This document shows, piece by piece, positions 19,279-28,898 of a stretch of DNA of 64,000 nt. The stretch lies in contig CAWVFK010000032.1 of the NCBI GenBank assembly GCA_963928595.1, positions 6,383 through 70,382 of the forward strand, written 5' to 3'. Made by a program: the position numbers and the translations under genes. Under the pieces are notes generated by a model, which was not told the DNA's origin, made no database searches, and saw only the letters and a program-made list of their open reading frames with translations. Source of the DNA: Candidatus Coprosoma sp. (GTDB lineage Bacteria > Bacillota_I > Bacilli_A > RF39 > UBA660). Every line of letters begins with the position of its first letter. The stretch's first letter is position 1.

Positions 19279-20070
19279 TTAAATGATTATGCATATATTT
19301 ATAATATTCCTCATGAGCTTTTTTAATGCCTCCGAATATGATACAGTACCTTTATTATTCAATATATCATTGTGTGTCATTTTCAAAAAACTATCTAGTT
19401 CCGTAACCCAATCTTGTATAGTCATTGTTTTTCTTTTTAATGCATTAATTTTGGCAACATCAAGATATGCAGACACCAATCTGCTTAGAACCTGTAATTC
19501 TTCATGTGTCAAATAGTTTTGGCAATTTAAATTGCTTTTTTAGTTGGCATATCTCCTCTAAAATTAGTAAGTCCTATATTATCATTATTACTAGCAACCC
19601 TATTATAAATTTTTTCAGCAGCCGTATTATTAGAAACAGCATACAGCATCTTATTCTGAATGGTCCTAAAAAAATTAATTGTAATTTCTTTTTTCGGATT
19701 ATAATCAATTGAAGTAGCATATATATCAAATATTTTTCTCCAAAAAACTTTCTCACTTGACCTTATATCTCTTATTTTATCAAGAAATTCATCAAAATAA
19801 AGCTTACTACCATTAATTTTAAAGCTTTCAACATTTAAATTATATAATTTACCATCTTTTGCAGTTGTTCGGAATTTCCGAACAGTTGATAATTCATCTA
19901 ACTCACCTTCTTCAAATATATTTTTTGTATGCTCATTAATCGTTAATTTAGCTTTGCCATATAGTTTACTTATTTGTTCTTGAGTTAGCCAAACATTTTC
20001 TTTTTACAAAATAGCTTCAACTTTAACATCATCATTGACTCCGTATATTAAAAATTTATTTTCCATTACA
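19279..20070 (-). pseudogene. rhuM: rhuM-family (virulence protein RhuM-like) gene disrupted by an in-frame stop and a frameshift
   Basis: Minus-strand translation gives MENKFLIYGVNDDVKVEAIL*KENVWLTQEQISKLYGKAKLTINEHTKNIFEEGELDELSTVRKFRTTAKDGKLYNLNVESF... (RhuM core). The remaining C-terminal part (ELQVLSRLVSAYLDVAKINALKR...) lies in another frame (ORF 19279-19512). Confidence 0.65.
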
Positions 20071-20142
20071 TTTTGCTCCAATTAAATCAACTCATTCTAC
20101 ATATAATATACAACATTTTTCCCATATTTCCTTCTTAAAAGG

Positions 20143-20172
20143 AAAAAAAATACTAAATTTAGTATTTTTTAA
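20143..20172 (-). terminator. ffh terminator hairpin
   Basis: AAAAAATACTA-aattt-TAGTATTTTTT inverted repeat immediately after the ffh stop. Confidence 0.5.
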
Positions 20173-21476
20173 AAAGGCATTTTAAAATTTCCACTCTGCA
20201 TTCTCTTAACCATAACTTTCATCTGTTCAAATTGTTTTAAAAGCTTATTAACTTCTTCAACACTTCTACCACTACCGCTAGCTATTCTTCTTTTTCTACT
20301 AGCCTTTAATATATCAGGATTTCTTCTTTCTTCTAAAGTCATTGATAAAATAATTGCTTCTATATGTGCCATTTGTTTAGGATCAATATTTACATTATTT
20401 AAACCCATTTTTTTAGCCCCCGGAATTAACTTAATTAAATTTTCAAGTGGTCCTAATTTCTTAACTTGATTTAATTGATTTAAGAAATCCTCTAAATCAA
20501 ATTTACCCTTTTGTAATTTTTTAGCAGTCTCTAAAGCTTCCTCTTCATCAAATACTCCTTCAGCTTTCTCAATCATACTCATTAAATCGCCCATATCGAG
20601 TATTCTATTAGCCATTCTCTCTGGATGAAAAGGTTCTAATCCATCCATCTTCTCAGAAACACCAATAAACTTAATCGGAATATTTGTTAAATGTCTGATA
20701 GATAAAGCCGCACCACCTTTAGTATCACCATCCAACTTAGTTAAAACAGCTCCTGTTAAAGGAAGTCTCTCATTAAATCCTGTAATAACATTAACCGCAT
20801 CTTGTCCAGTCATACTATCGATAACAAGTAATATTTCATTAGGACTAACAGCTTCATTAATGTTTTGTAATTCTTCCATTAACTCATCATCAATATGTAG
20901 TCTACCAGCCGTATCGATTAAAACATAATTGTATCCATTTTCTTTCGCATAATTAACCGCATTTTTTGCAATCTCAACCGGATTACCTTTTCCTTCACTA
21001 TATATTTCAATATTTAACTCTTTACCTAATTGTTTTAATTGATCAATAGCTGCCGGTCTATAAACATCACAGGCTACCATCAAAGGTTTCATTCCAAATT
21101 TCTTACGTAAAAGTAAAGCAAGTTTTCCTGTAGTTGTCGTCTTACCAGAACCTTGCAAACCACACATCATTAAAATAGTCATTGGTTTAACAATAATTAA
21201 AGGTTCATCTTCTTTTCCTAATAAATCAACTAATTCATCCTTAACTATTTTTACAAAAACTTCTCCCGGTTTTAAACTTTTCTTAACTTCTTCACCTAAT
21301 GCTTTTTCTTTTACATTATTAATAAATTCTTTAACAACCTTATAATTAACATCTGCTTCTAATAAAGCAAGTCTTATCTCTCTTGTAACTTCTCCAATAT
21401 TATCTTCAGTTATCTTTCCATAACCTTTTATTTTATTTAAAGCATTTTGTAGTCTATCTCCTAAATTTTCAAACAT
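20169..21476 (-). CDS. ffh: signal recognition particle protein Ffh (SRP54)
   Basis: GLQGSGKTTT P-loop, NG domain, Met-rich M domain. Confidence 0.95.
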   Translation of the reverse strand: MFENLGDRLQNALNKIKGYGKITEDNIGEVTREIRLALLEADVNYKVVKEFINNVKEKALGEEVKKSLKPGEVFVKIVKDELVDLLGKEDEPLIIVKPMTILMMCGLQGSGKTTTTGKLALLLRKKFGMKPLMVACDVYRPAAIDQLKQLGKELNIEIYSEGKGNPVEIAKNAVNYAKENGYNYVLIDTAGRLHIDDELMEELQNINEAVSPNEILLVIDSMTGQDAVNVITGFNERLPLTGAVLTKLDGDTKGGAALSIRHLTNIPIKFIGVSEKMDGLEPFHPERMANRILDMGDLMSMIEKAEGVFDEEEALETAKKLQKGKFDLEDFLNQLNQVKKLGPLENLIKLIPGAKKMGLNNVNIDPKQMAHIEAIILSMTLEERRNPDILKASRKRRIASGSGRSVEEVNKLLKQFEQMKVMVKRMQSGNFKMPF

Positions 21477-21563
21477 TTATAATCACCTATATCATTATAC
21501 TCAAAGCCAAAGAAAAAAGCAAACAAATATGTTTACCAAATATAATTTACTATGGAAAACGTT

Positions 21564-21589
21564 GTCCACCAAGCTAACGCTTGGTGGAC
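21564..21589 (-). terminator. Rho-independent terminator (11-bp perfect stem, 4-nt loop)
   Basis: GTCCACCAAGC-taac-GCTTGGTGGAC. On the minus strand it is followed by AACGTTTTCC. Downstream of the 21645-22652 gene and upstream of ffh. Confidence 0.6.
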
Positions 21590-21644
21590 TTTATGCTTAA
21601 ACTTAGTTTTGTTCTATAATCTTATTCTTATTATTGTGTGTTTA

Positions 21645-22652
21645 TTACACTATTGTGAATGGGACTTCTGAAGTTCCACTTCCAGACAAAGTAGTATCAG
21701 ATTTCAAAAAGACAACTGGGCGGGGAGCATGATTAGAACTATTAGAGGCAACACGGTCGCTCACATTCGCGCCCGAACTACCCACATAACCGCGCCAAAC
21801 CCCACGAGAATTTCCACCAGACTCGCGAGAATAAGCATTTATTGTCCAATAATATAATGTACTTGCTTCTCCTTTATCTAACAAGTAATTACTATTACAA
21901 GCAGTTGATTTATTATTTGAAGTTGTAGCTGATGTACATAGTGGGTTTGTACTTGCCCTTAATATATCGCTTACGTTAGCTAGTCCAACATTTCCTGTCC
22001 ATTGGTACATTTTCTCTCCGGCTATATTCTTTTCTATACTATCTGCTTCGGCTCCACTTTCATCCAAATACTCTACTGCTCCTATATTAAATGTATGTGA
22101 TGTCATTTGTCCTTTTGCGGTTGCATTTATATTATTTGTATAATAATCATCATTTAAATATATTTTTATAGATGAATCTTCGGTTACTGTTCCGCTTTGT
22201 GATCCACTAGGAGAAGAAAATGTTCCGCTTACTGCTGCATATACTCCACAACCATATGTACTAGTACAATAAGTAGAAGATGCTGTTCGATTTTGATTAT
22301 CGAAAGCGCGATTTGCTAAAACATCATTTCTTATTATTTTATATGTTCCATCGGCCTCTTTTGCTATAATTCTCCATGTTTCTCCATTGAATGTTATATA
22401 ATTATCTGGATCTTGTCCACGATAAACACATCTTTCTTCCTCATAAATATCTTTATATAAGCCATCACCATCAGTTACAGTATTTACTTTAATTCCACCC
22501 ATCTCACAATTAGGCATCTCTTTAATATTTCCCTTAGCTTTCAAAGTTAGTGTAGTTTGAAAAGCCGCATAACCAACACATAAACACAAAAGTAAACAAA
22601 GTGAACTTATAATAATTATCCTCTTTTGTTTTTTCATTTGTCTTCTTCGCAT
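21645..22652 (-). CDS. secreted protein with a SipW-cognate-like N-terminal signal-anchor; mature domain unassigned
   Basis: MRRRQMKKQKRIIIISSLCLLLCLCVGYAAFQTTLTLKAKGNI... The N-terminus parallels the 26346-26906 protein (VGYSAFSTVLTINGTASI). Ser/Thr/Gly/Asn-rich mature part. Confidence 0.4.
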   Translation of the reverse strand: MRRRQMKKQKRIIIISSLCLLLCLCVGYAAFQTTLTLKAKGNIKEMPNCEMGGIKVNTVTDGDGLYKDIYEEERCVYRGQDPDNYITFNGETWRIIAKEADGTYKIIRNDVLANRAFDNQNRTASSTYCTSTYGCGVYAAVSGTFSSPSGSQSGTVTEDSSIKIYLNDDYYTNNINATAKGQMTSHTFNIGAVEYLDESGAEADSIEKNIAGEKMYQWTGNVGLANVSDILRASTNPLCTSATTSNNKSTACNSNYLLDKGEASTLYYWTINAYSRESGGNSRGVWRGYVGSSGANVSDRVASNSSNHAPRPVVFLKSDTTLSGSGTSEVPFTIV

Positions 22653-22754
22653 AAATATTCTCCTTTACTATTACGTATACTCTATATAAATTATAACCAA
22701 TTATTAATAATTTATCAATGGCAACTTTAAAATAAGTGTAAAGAAAAAGACTTT

Positions 22755-23585
22755 TTACAAAGCCTGAGTAAATACAAAATAAAGTAAAACAATAATACCT
22801 AAAACTATTCTATAATAGCCAAACACTTTAAAGTCATGTTTCTTAATATAACTCATTAAAAACTTAATAATAAACATTGAAGTTATAAAAGCAACAATCA
22901 TTCCTACAAGTAATATTGCTAGTTCCATTCCTGTAAATGCAAATGAAAACTTAACTAATTTAAGCAGTGATGCTCCAAACATAACAGGAATAGCTAAAAA
23001 GAAAGTAAATTCAGCAGCTACAGTTCTAGATACTCCAAGTAAAAGTGCTCCAACTATTGTCGCACCTGATCTAGAAGTTCCCGGGAATATTGCCGCAATA
23101 AGTTGAAATATTCCGATAAGTAAAACTGTATTATATGAAAGTTCAGCTAAAGAATTAATTTTAGAATTTTTACCCTTATTTTTATTTTCAATAATTATAA
23201 AAGCAATACCAAAGACAATTAAAGCAATAGCTACACATACATAATTATAAAATAACTTTTCAAATACCTCATCAAATAATACTCCAACTATTGCCGCTGG
23301 AACACATGCTACTAATATTTTTCCCCATAAAGATAATATATTTTTATCTAAAGTTAACTTTTCTTTTTCTTTTTTAACTGGCCAAATCTGTTTCCAAAAT
23401 AATATTACAACTGCTATAATTGCACCTAACTGTATAACCACCTGAAACATATCGTAAAACTCTTTAGAAACATCTAATTTAACAAGTTCATTAAGTAAAA
23501 TCATATGACCGGTACTACTAATTGGAAGCCATTCAGTAATACCTTCAACTATACCAAAAAATATAGCTTTTATAATCTCTAACAT
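22755..23585 (-). CDS. uppP: undecaprenyl-diphosphatase
   Basis: FPGTSRSGATIVGALLLGVSR signature. 8 TM segments. Confidence 0.9.
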   Translation of the reverse strand: MLEIIKAIFFGIVEGITEWLPISSTGHMILLNELVKLDVSKEFYDMFQVVIQLGAIIAVVILFWKQIWPVKKEKEKLTLDKNILSLWGKILVACVPAAIVGVLFDEVFEKLFYNYVCVAIALIVFGIAFIIIENKNKGKNSKINSLAELSYNTVLLIGIFQLIAAIFPGTSRSGATIVGALLLGVSRTVAAEFTFFLAIPVMFGASLLKLVKFSFAFTGMELAILLVGMIVAFITSMFIIKFLMSYIKKHDFKVFGYYRIVLGIIVLLYFVFTQAL

Positions 23586-23596
23586 TTCATCATCTC

Positions 23597-24031
23597 CTAA
23601 TCACATTCTATATTTTGATCACGCATTTTATTAAAAAATCTCACTGAATTTTTTCTTAACATAAATTCATTCAAAACATCATTATCTAAATTAGGTACAT
23701 CCAAATAATATTTAAGTTGCCACTCATCCTCTTCATCTTTAGCTACGGTTATCTTAATATTCTCATTACCTGCATACTTTTCATTAAAACTAGTCGCACT
23801 TCCCTTAATTTCTTCTAATATTGTTTTCCCTTCATCATTTAAAGCTTTATAAGTATAAGTAACTATAGCCTCTTTTACATTATCCTCATTGTCATACGTC
23901 ACATGAATACTCATATTATCAGAAATATTTTCTGAATTTTTATTAACTTCACAAGTACTTTCAAAATCTTCATTTCTAACAATACAACCAGTTAAACTAA
24001 AAGCAATCAACAAAATTAAAATTTTTTTCAT
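23597..24031 (-). CDS. lipoprotein (hypothetical)
   Basis: Lipobox LTGC after the signal peptide. 4-nt overlap with tex (operon). Confidence 0.5.
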   Translation of the reverse strand: MKKILILLIAFSLTGCIVRNEDFESTCEVNKNSENISDNMSIHVTYDNEDNVKEAIVTYTYKALNDEGKTILEEIKGSATSFNEKYAGNENIKITVAKDEEDEWQLKYYLDVPNLDNDVLNEFMLRKNSVRFFNKMRDQNIECD

Positions 24032-26169
24032 CTTACCTTCTCCGGTTCTAATAATGATAAAGAAACTTTATTTTTATCAAGCTTAATCTCATCGACATAA
24101 CAATCGACAATATCCCCAACATTCACAACTTCCATTGGATGTTTAATAAATTTATTAGTTAATTTAGAAATATGCGCAAGTCCATCATTTTTAAGTCCAA
24201 TATCGATAAAAGCTCCAAAAGGTGTAACATTACGAACTGTTCCTTGTAATTTCATACCAATTTTTAAGTCTTCTAAATGTAATATATCACTTTTTAAAAT
24301 TGGTTTAGGCATCTCATCACGTGGATCTCTATTAGGTTTCTTTAAAGACTTAACAATATCTTCTAAAGTATATACATCAGTACCTAATTTATCCGCATAC
24401 TCTTTAATATTTATATTAATTTCCTGCATCTTACTAGTTCCAATATCATTTAAAGATAGTCCAAGCATATCAAGTAAATTCAAAGTAACACCATAACTTT
24501 CCGGGTGAATACTAGTAGAATCTAATATATTTTCATCCATTATTCTAAGAAAACCAACCGCTTGGGTATAAGTTTTCGAAGAAAGTAATTTCTTAATAAC
24601 TTCTCTATCTTTAATCTTACCATGTTCATCACGATACTTAATCAACTTATCGATATTAGTTTTCGTAAGTCCAGATACATATTTAAGTAAAGAAGTACTT
24701 GCAGTATTTACATTAACTCCAACATTATTTACACACTTTTCCACCACAAAATCTAATGAACTAGATAATTTTTTAGGAGCCACATCGTGCTGGTACATAC
24801 CAACCCCTATACTTTCAGGATCTATTTTAACAAGTTCAGAAAGTGGATCTTGTAATCTTCTCGCTATACTTATCGCACTTCTTTCTTCAACATGTAATAA
24901 AGGAAATTCACTTATTGCTAGTTTACTAGCCGAATAAACAGAAGCTCCCGCTTCACTAACTATTATATATTCACATTTATGTTTTGCTTCTTTTATAGTA
25001 TCAGCTACAAATGCTTCACTCTCCCGTGATGCCGTACCATTACCTATCGCAATAATATCAATATTATATTTATCGATTAAATCAAGTAATATTTTCTTAC
25101 TTTTCTCTTTCTCATTTCTAGGTTCATGTGGATAAATAACTTTAATATCTAATTTCTTACCAGTATTATCGACAACAGCTAACTTACATCCTGTTCTATA
25201 GGCTGGATCAAACCCTAAAACCATCTTATCTTTCATCGGCGGTTGCATAAGTAACTTTTCCAAATTCAAACTAAAGTTTTTAGTTGCTTCATCTTCAGCA
25301 CGCTCAGTTAACTCACTTCTAATTTCTCTTTCTATAGATGGGCCAATTAACCTCTTATAACTATCTTTAATTGCATCTTCTATCACATAATTAAATGGCG
25401 CTTCTTTCTTAATGATTTTACTTTCCAAATAAGAAATAATTTTATCTTTATCTATCTCTAAACTAACAGAAATAACTTTTTCTTTTTCAGCTCTATTAAT
25501 AGCCATAACTCTATAAGGTTTCGCATATTTTACTCTCTCTTCAAAATCATAATACATATCGTATACCTTATTTTCATCAATCGCATTTTTCTTTAATTTA
25601 GTTTTTAACACACCTTCATTAAAAGTAAATCTTCTTATCCATTTTCTATAAGCAGCATTATCACTAACCCATTCGGCAATAATAAAACTAGCTCCCATAA
25701 TCGCTTCTTCAGGAGTTTTCACATTTTCATTTAAAAACTTTTTAGTTAAATCTTCTAAAGAAACATTTTGAACAAAAGACATAATTATTTTCGCTAAAGG
25801 CTCTAAACCATTTTTAATTGCTTCCGTTGCTTTCGTTTTTTTCTTCTCTTTAAATGGTCTATATAAATCCTCTACCTCAACTAACTTACTGGCTTTCATA
25901 ATATTAGTTTTAAGTTCATCGGTAAGTAAACCTTTCTCATCGATTAACCTAATAACATCTTCTTTTCTTTTAAGTAAATTAACTTCGTATTCATATACTT
26001 CATTTATTTTTCTAATTTGTTCCTCATCCAAATTACCCGTAACTTCCTTACGGTATCTCGCAATAAAAGGAATTGTATTTCCTTCTTCTAATAACTTCAA
26101 AGCTTTTTCTACTTGAACTTCTTTAACATTTAAATCTTTACTTATATTTTCTATTATTTCTTTATTCAT
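24028..26169 (-). CDS. tex: transcription accessory protein Tex (S1 RNA-binding, YqgF/HhH domains)
   Basis: 713 aa with a conserved N-terminal IPFIARYRKE and a C-terminal S1 domain. Confidence 0.9.
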   Translation of the reverse strand: MNKEIIENISKDLNVKEVQVEKALKLLEEGNTIPFIARYRKEVTGNLDEEQIRKINEVYEYEVNLLKRKEDVIRLIDEKGLLTDELKTNIMKASKLVEVEDLYRPFKEKKKTKATEAIKNGLEPLAKIIMSFVQNVSLEDLTKKFLNENVKTPEEAIMGASFIIAEWVSDNAAYRKWIRRFTFNEGVLKTKLKKNAIDENKVYDMYYDFEERVKYAKPYRVMAINRAEKEKVISVSLEIDKDKIISYLESKIIKKEAPFNYVIEDAIKDSYKRLIGPSIEREIRSELTERAEDEATKNFSLNLEKLLMQPPMKDKMVLGFDPAYRTGCKLAVVDNTGKKLDIKVIYPHEPRNEKEKSKKILLDLIDKYNIDIIAIGNGTASRESEAFVADTIKEAKHKCEYIIVSEAGASVYSASKLAISEFPLLHVEERSAISIARRLQDPLSELVKIDPESIGVGMYQHDVAPKKLSSSLDFVVEKCVNNVGVNVNTASTSLLKYVSGLTKTNIDKLIKYRDEHGKIKDREVIKKLLSSKTYTQAVGFLRIMDENILDSTSIHPESYGVTLNLLDMLGLSLNDIGTSKMQEININIKEYADKLGTDVYTLEDIVKSLKKPNRDPRDEMPKPILKSDILHLEDLKIGMKLQGTVRNVTPFGAFIDIGLKNDGLAHISKLTNKFIKHPMEVVNVGDIVDCYVDEIKLDKNKVSLSLLEPEKVR

Positions 26170-26345
26170 ATTTATCTCTACCTTCTTTAAACATTATACA
26201 TTTTATCAAAATTCTTGTAAATCTAATTAACATTTTTTTACAGCAAAAGGTTGTTTATTTATTTTTTATTAACATTTGTGAAAATTATGTGTTAAAACAA
26301 TATCAAGGTAAACATTTACCAAAAATATATAGGGAGGAAAAATTA

Positions 26346-26906
26346 ATGAAAGACAAAAAGTTTGTAATTGGTGCCTTGCTTGCTATTTTAATAGTAATGG
26401 CTGTTGGTTATTCCGCATTTTCAACAGTACTCACAATTAACGGTACTGCTAGCATTAATTCAAATTGGAATGTGGCATTTGATACTACAAAAACAAGTGG
26501 TGTAAATGGTGTTATTACTAAAACAACTGGATTTACTGGAGGAACAGCTCCAGATGGAAGTGTCTCATATGGAGGTAATGGACAAACTGCTACTGTTAAC
26601 GCTACATTACGTCAACCAGGAGATAAAGTAGTGTTCAAGTTAACTATTCAAAACAAAGGTACTCTTGCTGCCAATTTAGGTACTCCATCTGTAAGTGGCA
26701 CTAACTGTTCTGCAGCAGGTTTAACTTGTACATCATCTAGTGGTCATATTAAATTTACAGTAACTAATCCAACACCTACATCTTTAGCAGCATCAACTGG
26801 AACTTCAACCATAACCGTTACAGCTGAGTTCCCTAACACTACAGTTTCAAGTAGTACAACTGAAAATGCATCAATTAAAGTTACTTTAAATGCTACTCAA
26901 GCATAA
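26346..26906 (+). CDS. TasA/camelysin (peptidase M73/BsaA)-like secreted protein with a SipW-cognate-like signal peptide
   Basis: AGGGAGG RBS. MKDKKFVIGALLAILIVMAVGYSAFSTVLTINGTASI (cf. TasA VGGGTWAAFND...ASGTLDL). LRQPGDKVVFKLTIQNKGTLAANL matches the TasA/CalY NLKPGDxxxKxFxxxNxGSLxIK block. Confidence 0.55.
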   Translation: MKDKKFVIGALLAILIVMAVGYSAFSTVLTINGTASINSNWNVAFDTTKTSGVNGVITKTTGFTGGTAPDGSVSYGGNGQTATVNATLRQPGDKVVFKLTIQNKGTLAANLGTPSVSGTNCSAAGLTCTSSSGHIKFTVTNPTPTSLAASTGTSTITVTAEFPNTTVSSSTTENASIKVTLNATQA

Positions 26907-26953
26907 TATGTTTTTCAAAAGGTAGGAAAAATCCTACCTTTTTACTATAAAAT

Positions 26954-28177
26954 TTATTTATTTAAATATTTTTTACCAACATTACTATCTATCAAAGATG
27001 CTTTTTTTATAATCTTAAAACCATATTTTTCTTTAAGTTCATCGACCGTTTTTTCAAGTTCATTATTATCCTCACGTACTTTTAAATCCTCAAAAAGTGA
27101 CACTTGATGACTCGAAGTATCAGATAACTTATCAAGTCTAACTCCAATCAATCTTATACCATCAGAGGTATTCATCTCATCTAAAATATCACAAGCTGTT
27201 TTATAAATTTCCTCCGTTAAATTAGTCGCATTCACTAACTTTTTTTGATGACTCATTCTTTTAAAAAACTTATCTTTTAAAGTAACAACAATAACCGAAG
27301 CATATTTATTTTGCTTTCTAAGTCTAATAGCCACATTTTCGGATAAAGCTAGTAAATAAGGATATAACTCATCTCTAGATGATATATTACGATTTAATGT
27401 TGTCTCATTTCCTATTCCTTTAGGACTAGACTCCTCACTAACTACAATATCTGAACCTTTACCGTTTGCCGCACCAATCATATCTTGAGCTTGATTTTTA
27501 AAATATTTATACAAAAATTCTCTATCAGTATGAGCCAAATCATAAATTGTATTTATATTTAAATTATGTAATTTAATTGCTGTTTTCTTACCAATTCCAA
27601 ACAATTCATCTACCTGTAATGGCCACATCTTTTCTTCGACCTCATCATCAAATAAAGTATGAACCTTATAAGGCTTAGAAAAATCTGAAGCCATTTTCGC
27701 ACACAACTTATTATTCCCAATTCCAATATTAACCGTAAACCCTAAAGTATCATATATTTCTTTTTTAAGCCTATAAGCAAACTCCACTTCATCACCATAT
27801 AAATGCTTAACTGGCGTATAATCTAAAAAACATTCATCTATACTCATCTGTTCAATGTCTGGTGAATAATTTCGAATTAAATTAAGCATACTGTCACTCA
27901 TTTTTTTATAAAAATTATAATTTGGTGGATATACTTTTAAATTAGGGCACTTCTTTTTCGCACTAAATAAAGTCTCAGCTGTTACCACTCCTCTTTTTTT
28001 TGCCGGCATCGACTTAGCTAAAACAATACCATGCCTAGCCTTTTCATCACCACCAATAACCGCATATGTCTTTCGAATATCTACTTTCATACCTTTTTTT
28101 AAATATAAAACCGCTGTCCATGATAAAAACGCATTATTAACGTCAATATGCATAATAATTCGTTTCATAGACATCAC
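26954..28177 (-). CDS. dinB: Y-family DNA polymerase IV (DinB)
   Basis: IMHIDVNNAFLS N-terminal catalytic motif. ~400 aa with palm/fingers/little-finger organisation. Confidence 0.85.
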   Translation of the reverse strand: MMSMKRIIMHIDVNNAFLSWTAVLYLKKGMKVDIRKTYAVIGGDEKARHGIVLAKSMPAKKRGVVTAETLFSAKKKCPNLKVYPPNYNFYKKMSDSMLNLIRNYSPDIEQMSIDECFLDYTPVKHLYGDEVEFAYRLKKEIYDTLGFTVNIGIGNNKLCAKMASDFSKPYKVHTLFDDEVEEKMWPLQVDELFGIGKKTAIKLHNLNINTIYDLAHTDREFLYKYFKNQAQDMIGAANGKGSDIVVSEESSPKGIGNETTLNRNISSRDELYPYLLALSENVAIRLRKQNKYASVIVVTLKDKFFKRMSHQKKLVNATNLTEEIYKTACDILDEMNTSDGIRLIGVRLDKLSDTSSHQVSLFEDLKVREDNNELEKTVDELKEKYGFKIIKKASLIDSNVGKKYLNK

Positions 28178-28280
28178 CTATAATTATTATATCACGAACA
28201 TTATTTCGTACCAAGTGTAATATTTTTCTAAACAACATAAAAACACCTAAAACTAAATTTAGATGTTTTATAAATTATAC

Positions 28281-28835
28281 TTATCCACGTTTACCATGAT
28301 AATATTTTCCATATGTAAATTCATCTCTAGGTAAAACCGAGTATATTGATGTCTGTACAATACTATTTGCTAAAGTTTTTATCTGGTGGCCACCTTTAAC
28401 CGCATCGACCATAACCTTATAAAAGCCAAGCCTCTCAGCAAATAACATATCTAAGTAAAAAGAATCGCCTACCATCATCGTATTACTCGGCTCGCATTCA
28501 CTATCAAACAAACTATGTTTAACTAACGAAAAATCACCATAAAATGGTTTCTTCGCATTGGAAATATATTTCACCTTCAAAGTTTCACCAACCGGTTTTA
28601 CGCGATTTACAGAACCACTTGAACAAAGTCCAGGCGTAATACCAATTTCTTTAATTAAATCAAATAGTTCAATCAATCTATCAGAAATATTAATATCGTC
28701 AAATGGTAAAATAGTACAATCTACATCAAAAATAGCACATTTAATACCACTATCATATAATTTAACATAATTTATATCATAAACACTTTTTTCATAAGTG
28801 TCTGGAATAATTTTCTTTAAATCCACAGATTTCAC
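28281..28835 (-). CDS. HAD-IIIA family phosphatase, second YqeG-like paralog
   Basis: IPDTYEKSVYDINYVKLYDSGIKCAIFDVDCTILPF parallels the yqeG product (LPDIYQKSIYTIDYSKLLARGIKCILFDLDNTIVAPF). MVGDSFYLDM motif III. Confidence 0.6.
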   Translation of the reverse strand: MKSVDLKKIIPDTYEKSVYDINYVKLYDSGIKCAIFDVDCTILPFDDINISDRLIELFDLIKEIGITPGLCSSGSVNRVKPVGETLKVKYISNAKKPFYGDFSLVKHSLFDSECEPSNTMMVGDSFYLDMLFAERLGFYKVMVDAVKGGHQIKTLANSIVQTSIYSVLPRDEFTYGKYYHGKRG

Positions 28836-28859
28836 CTCTAGTTCTCTTAGTATATCATA

Positions 28860-28898
28860 TTATATTAAAATGTCAAAATTACATTATTTTGACATTTT
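28860..28898 (-). terminator. Rho-independent terminator at the miaA end (13-bp perfect stem)
   Basis: AAAATGTCAAAAT-tacatt-ATTTTGACATTTT straddling the miaA stop. Confidence 0.55.

Noticed and set aside
19283-19756. Four overlapping small ORFs on both strands (19283-19516+, 19279-19512-, 19467-19712+, 19574-19756-).
   Set aside because: They are reading-frame fragments of the disrupted rhuM pseudogene region, not independent genes.
19868-19894. Near-perfect palindrome TGTTCGGAATTTCCGAACA.
   Set aside because: It lies inside the rhuM pseudogene coding sequence (..TVRKFRTT..) and is most simply a coding coincidence. No flanking features suggest an operator.
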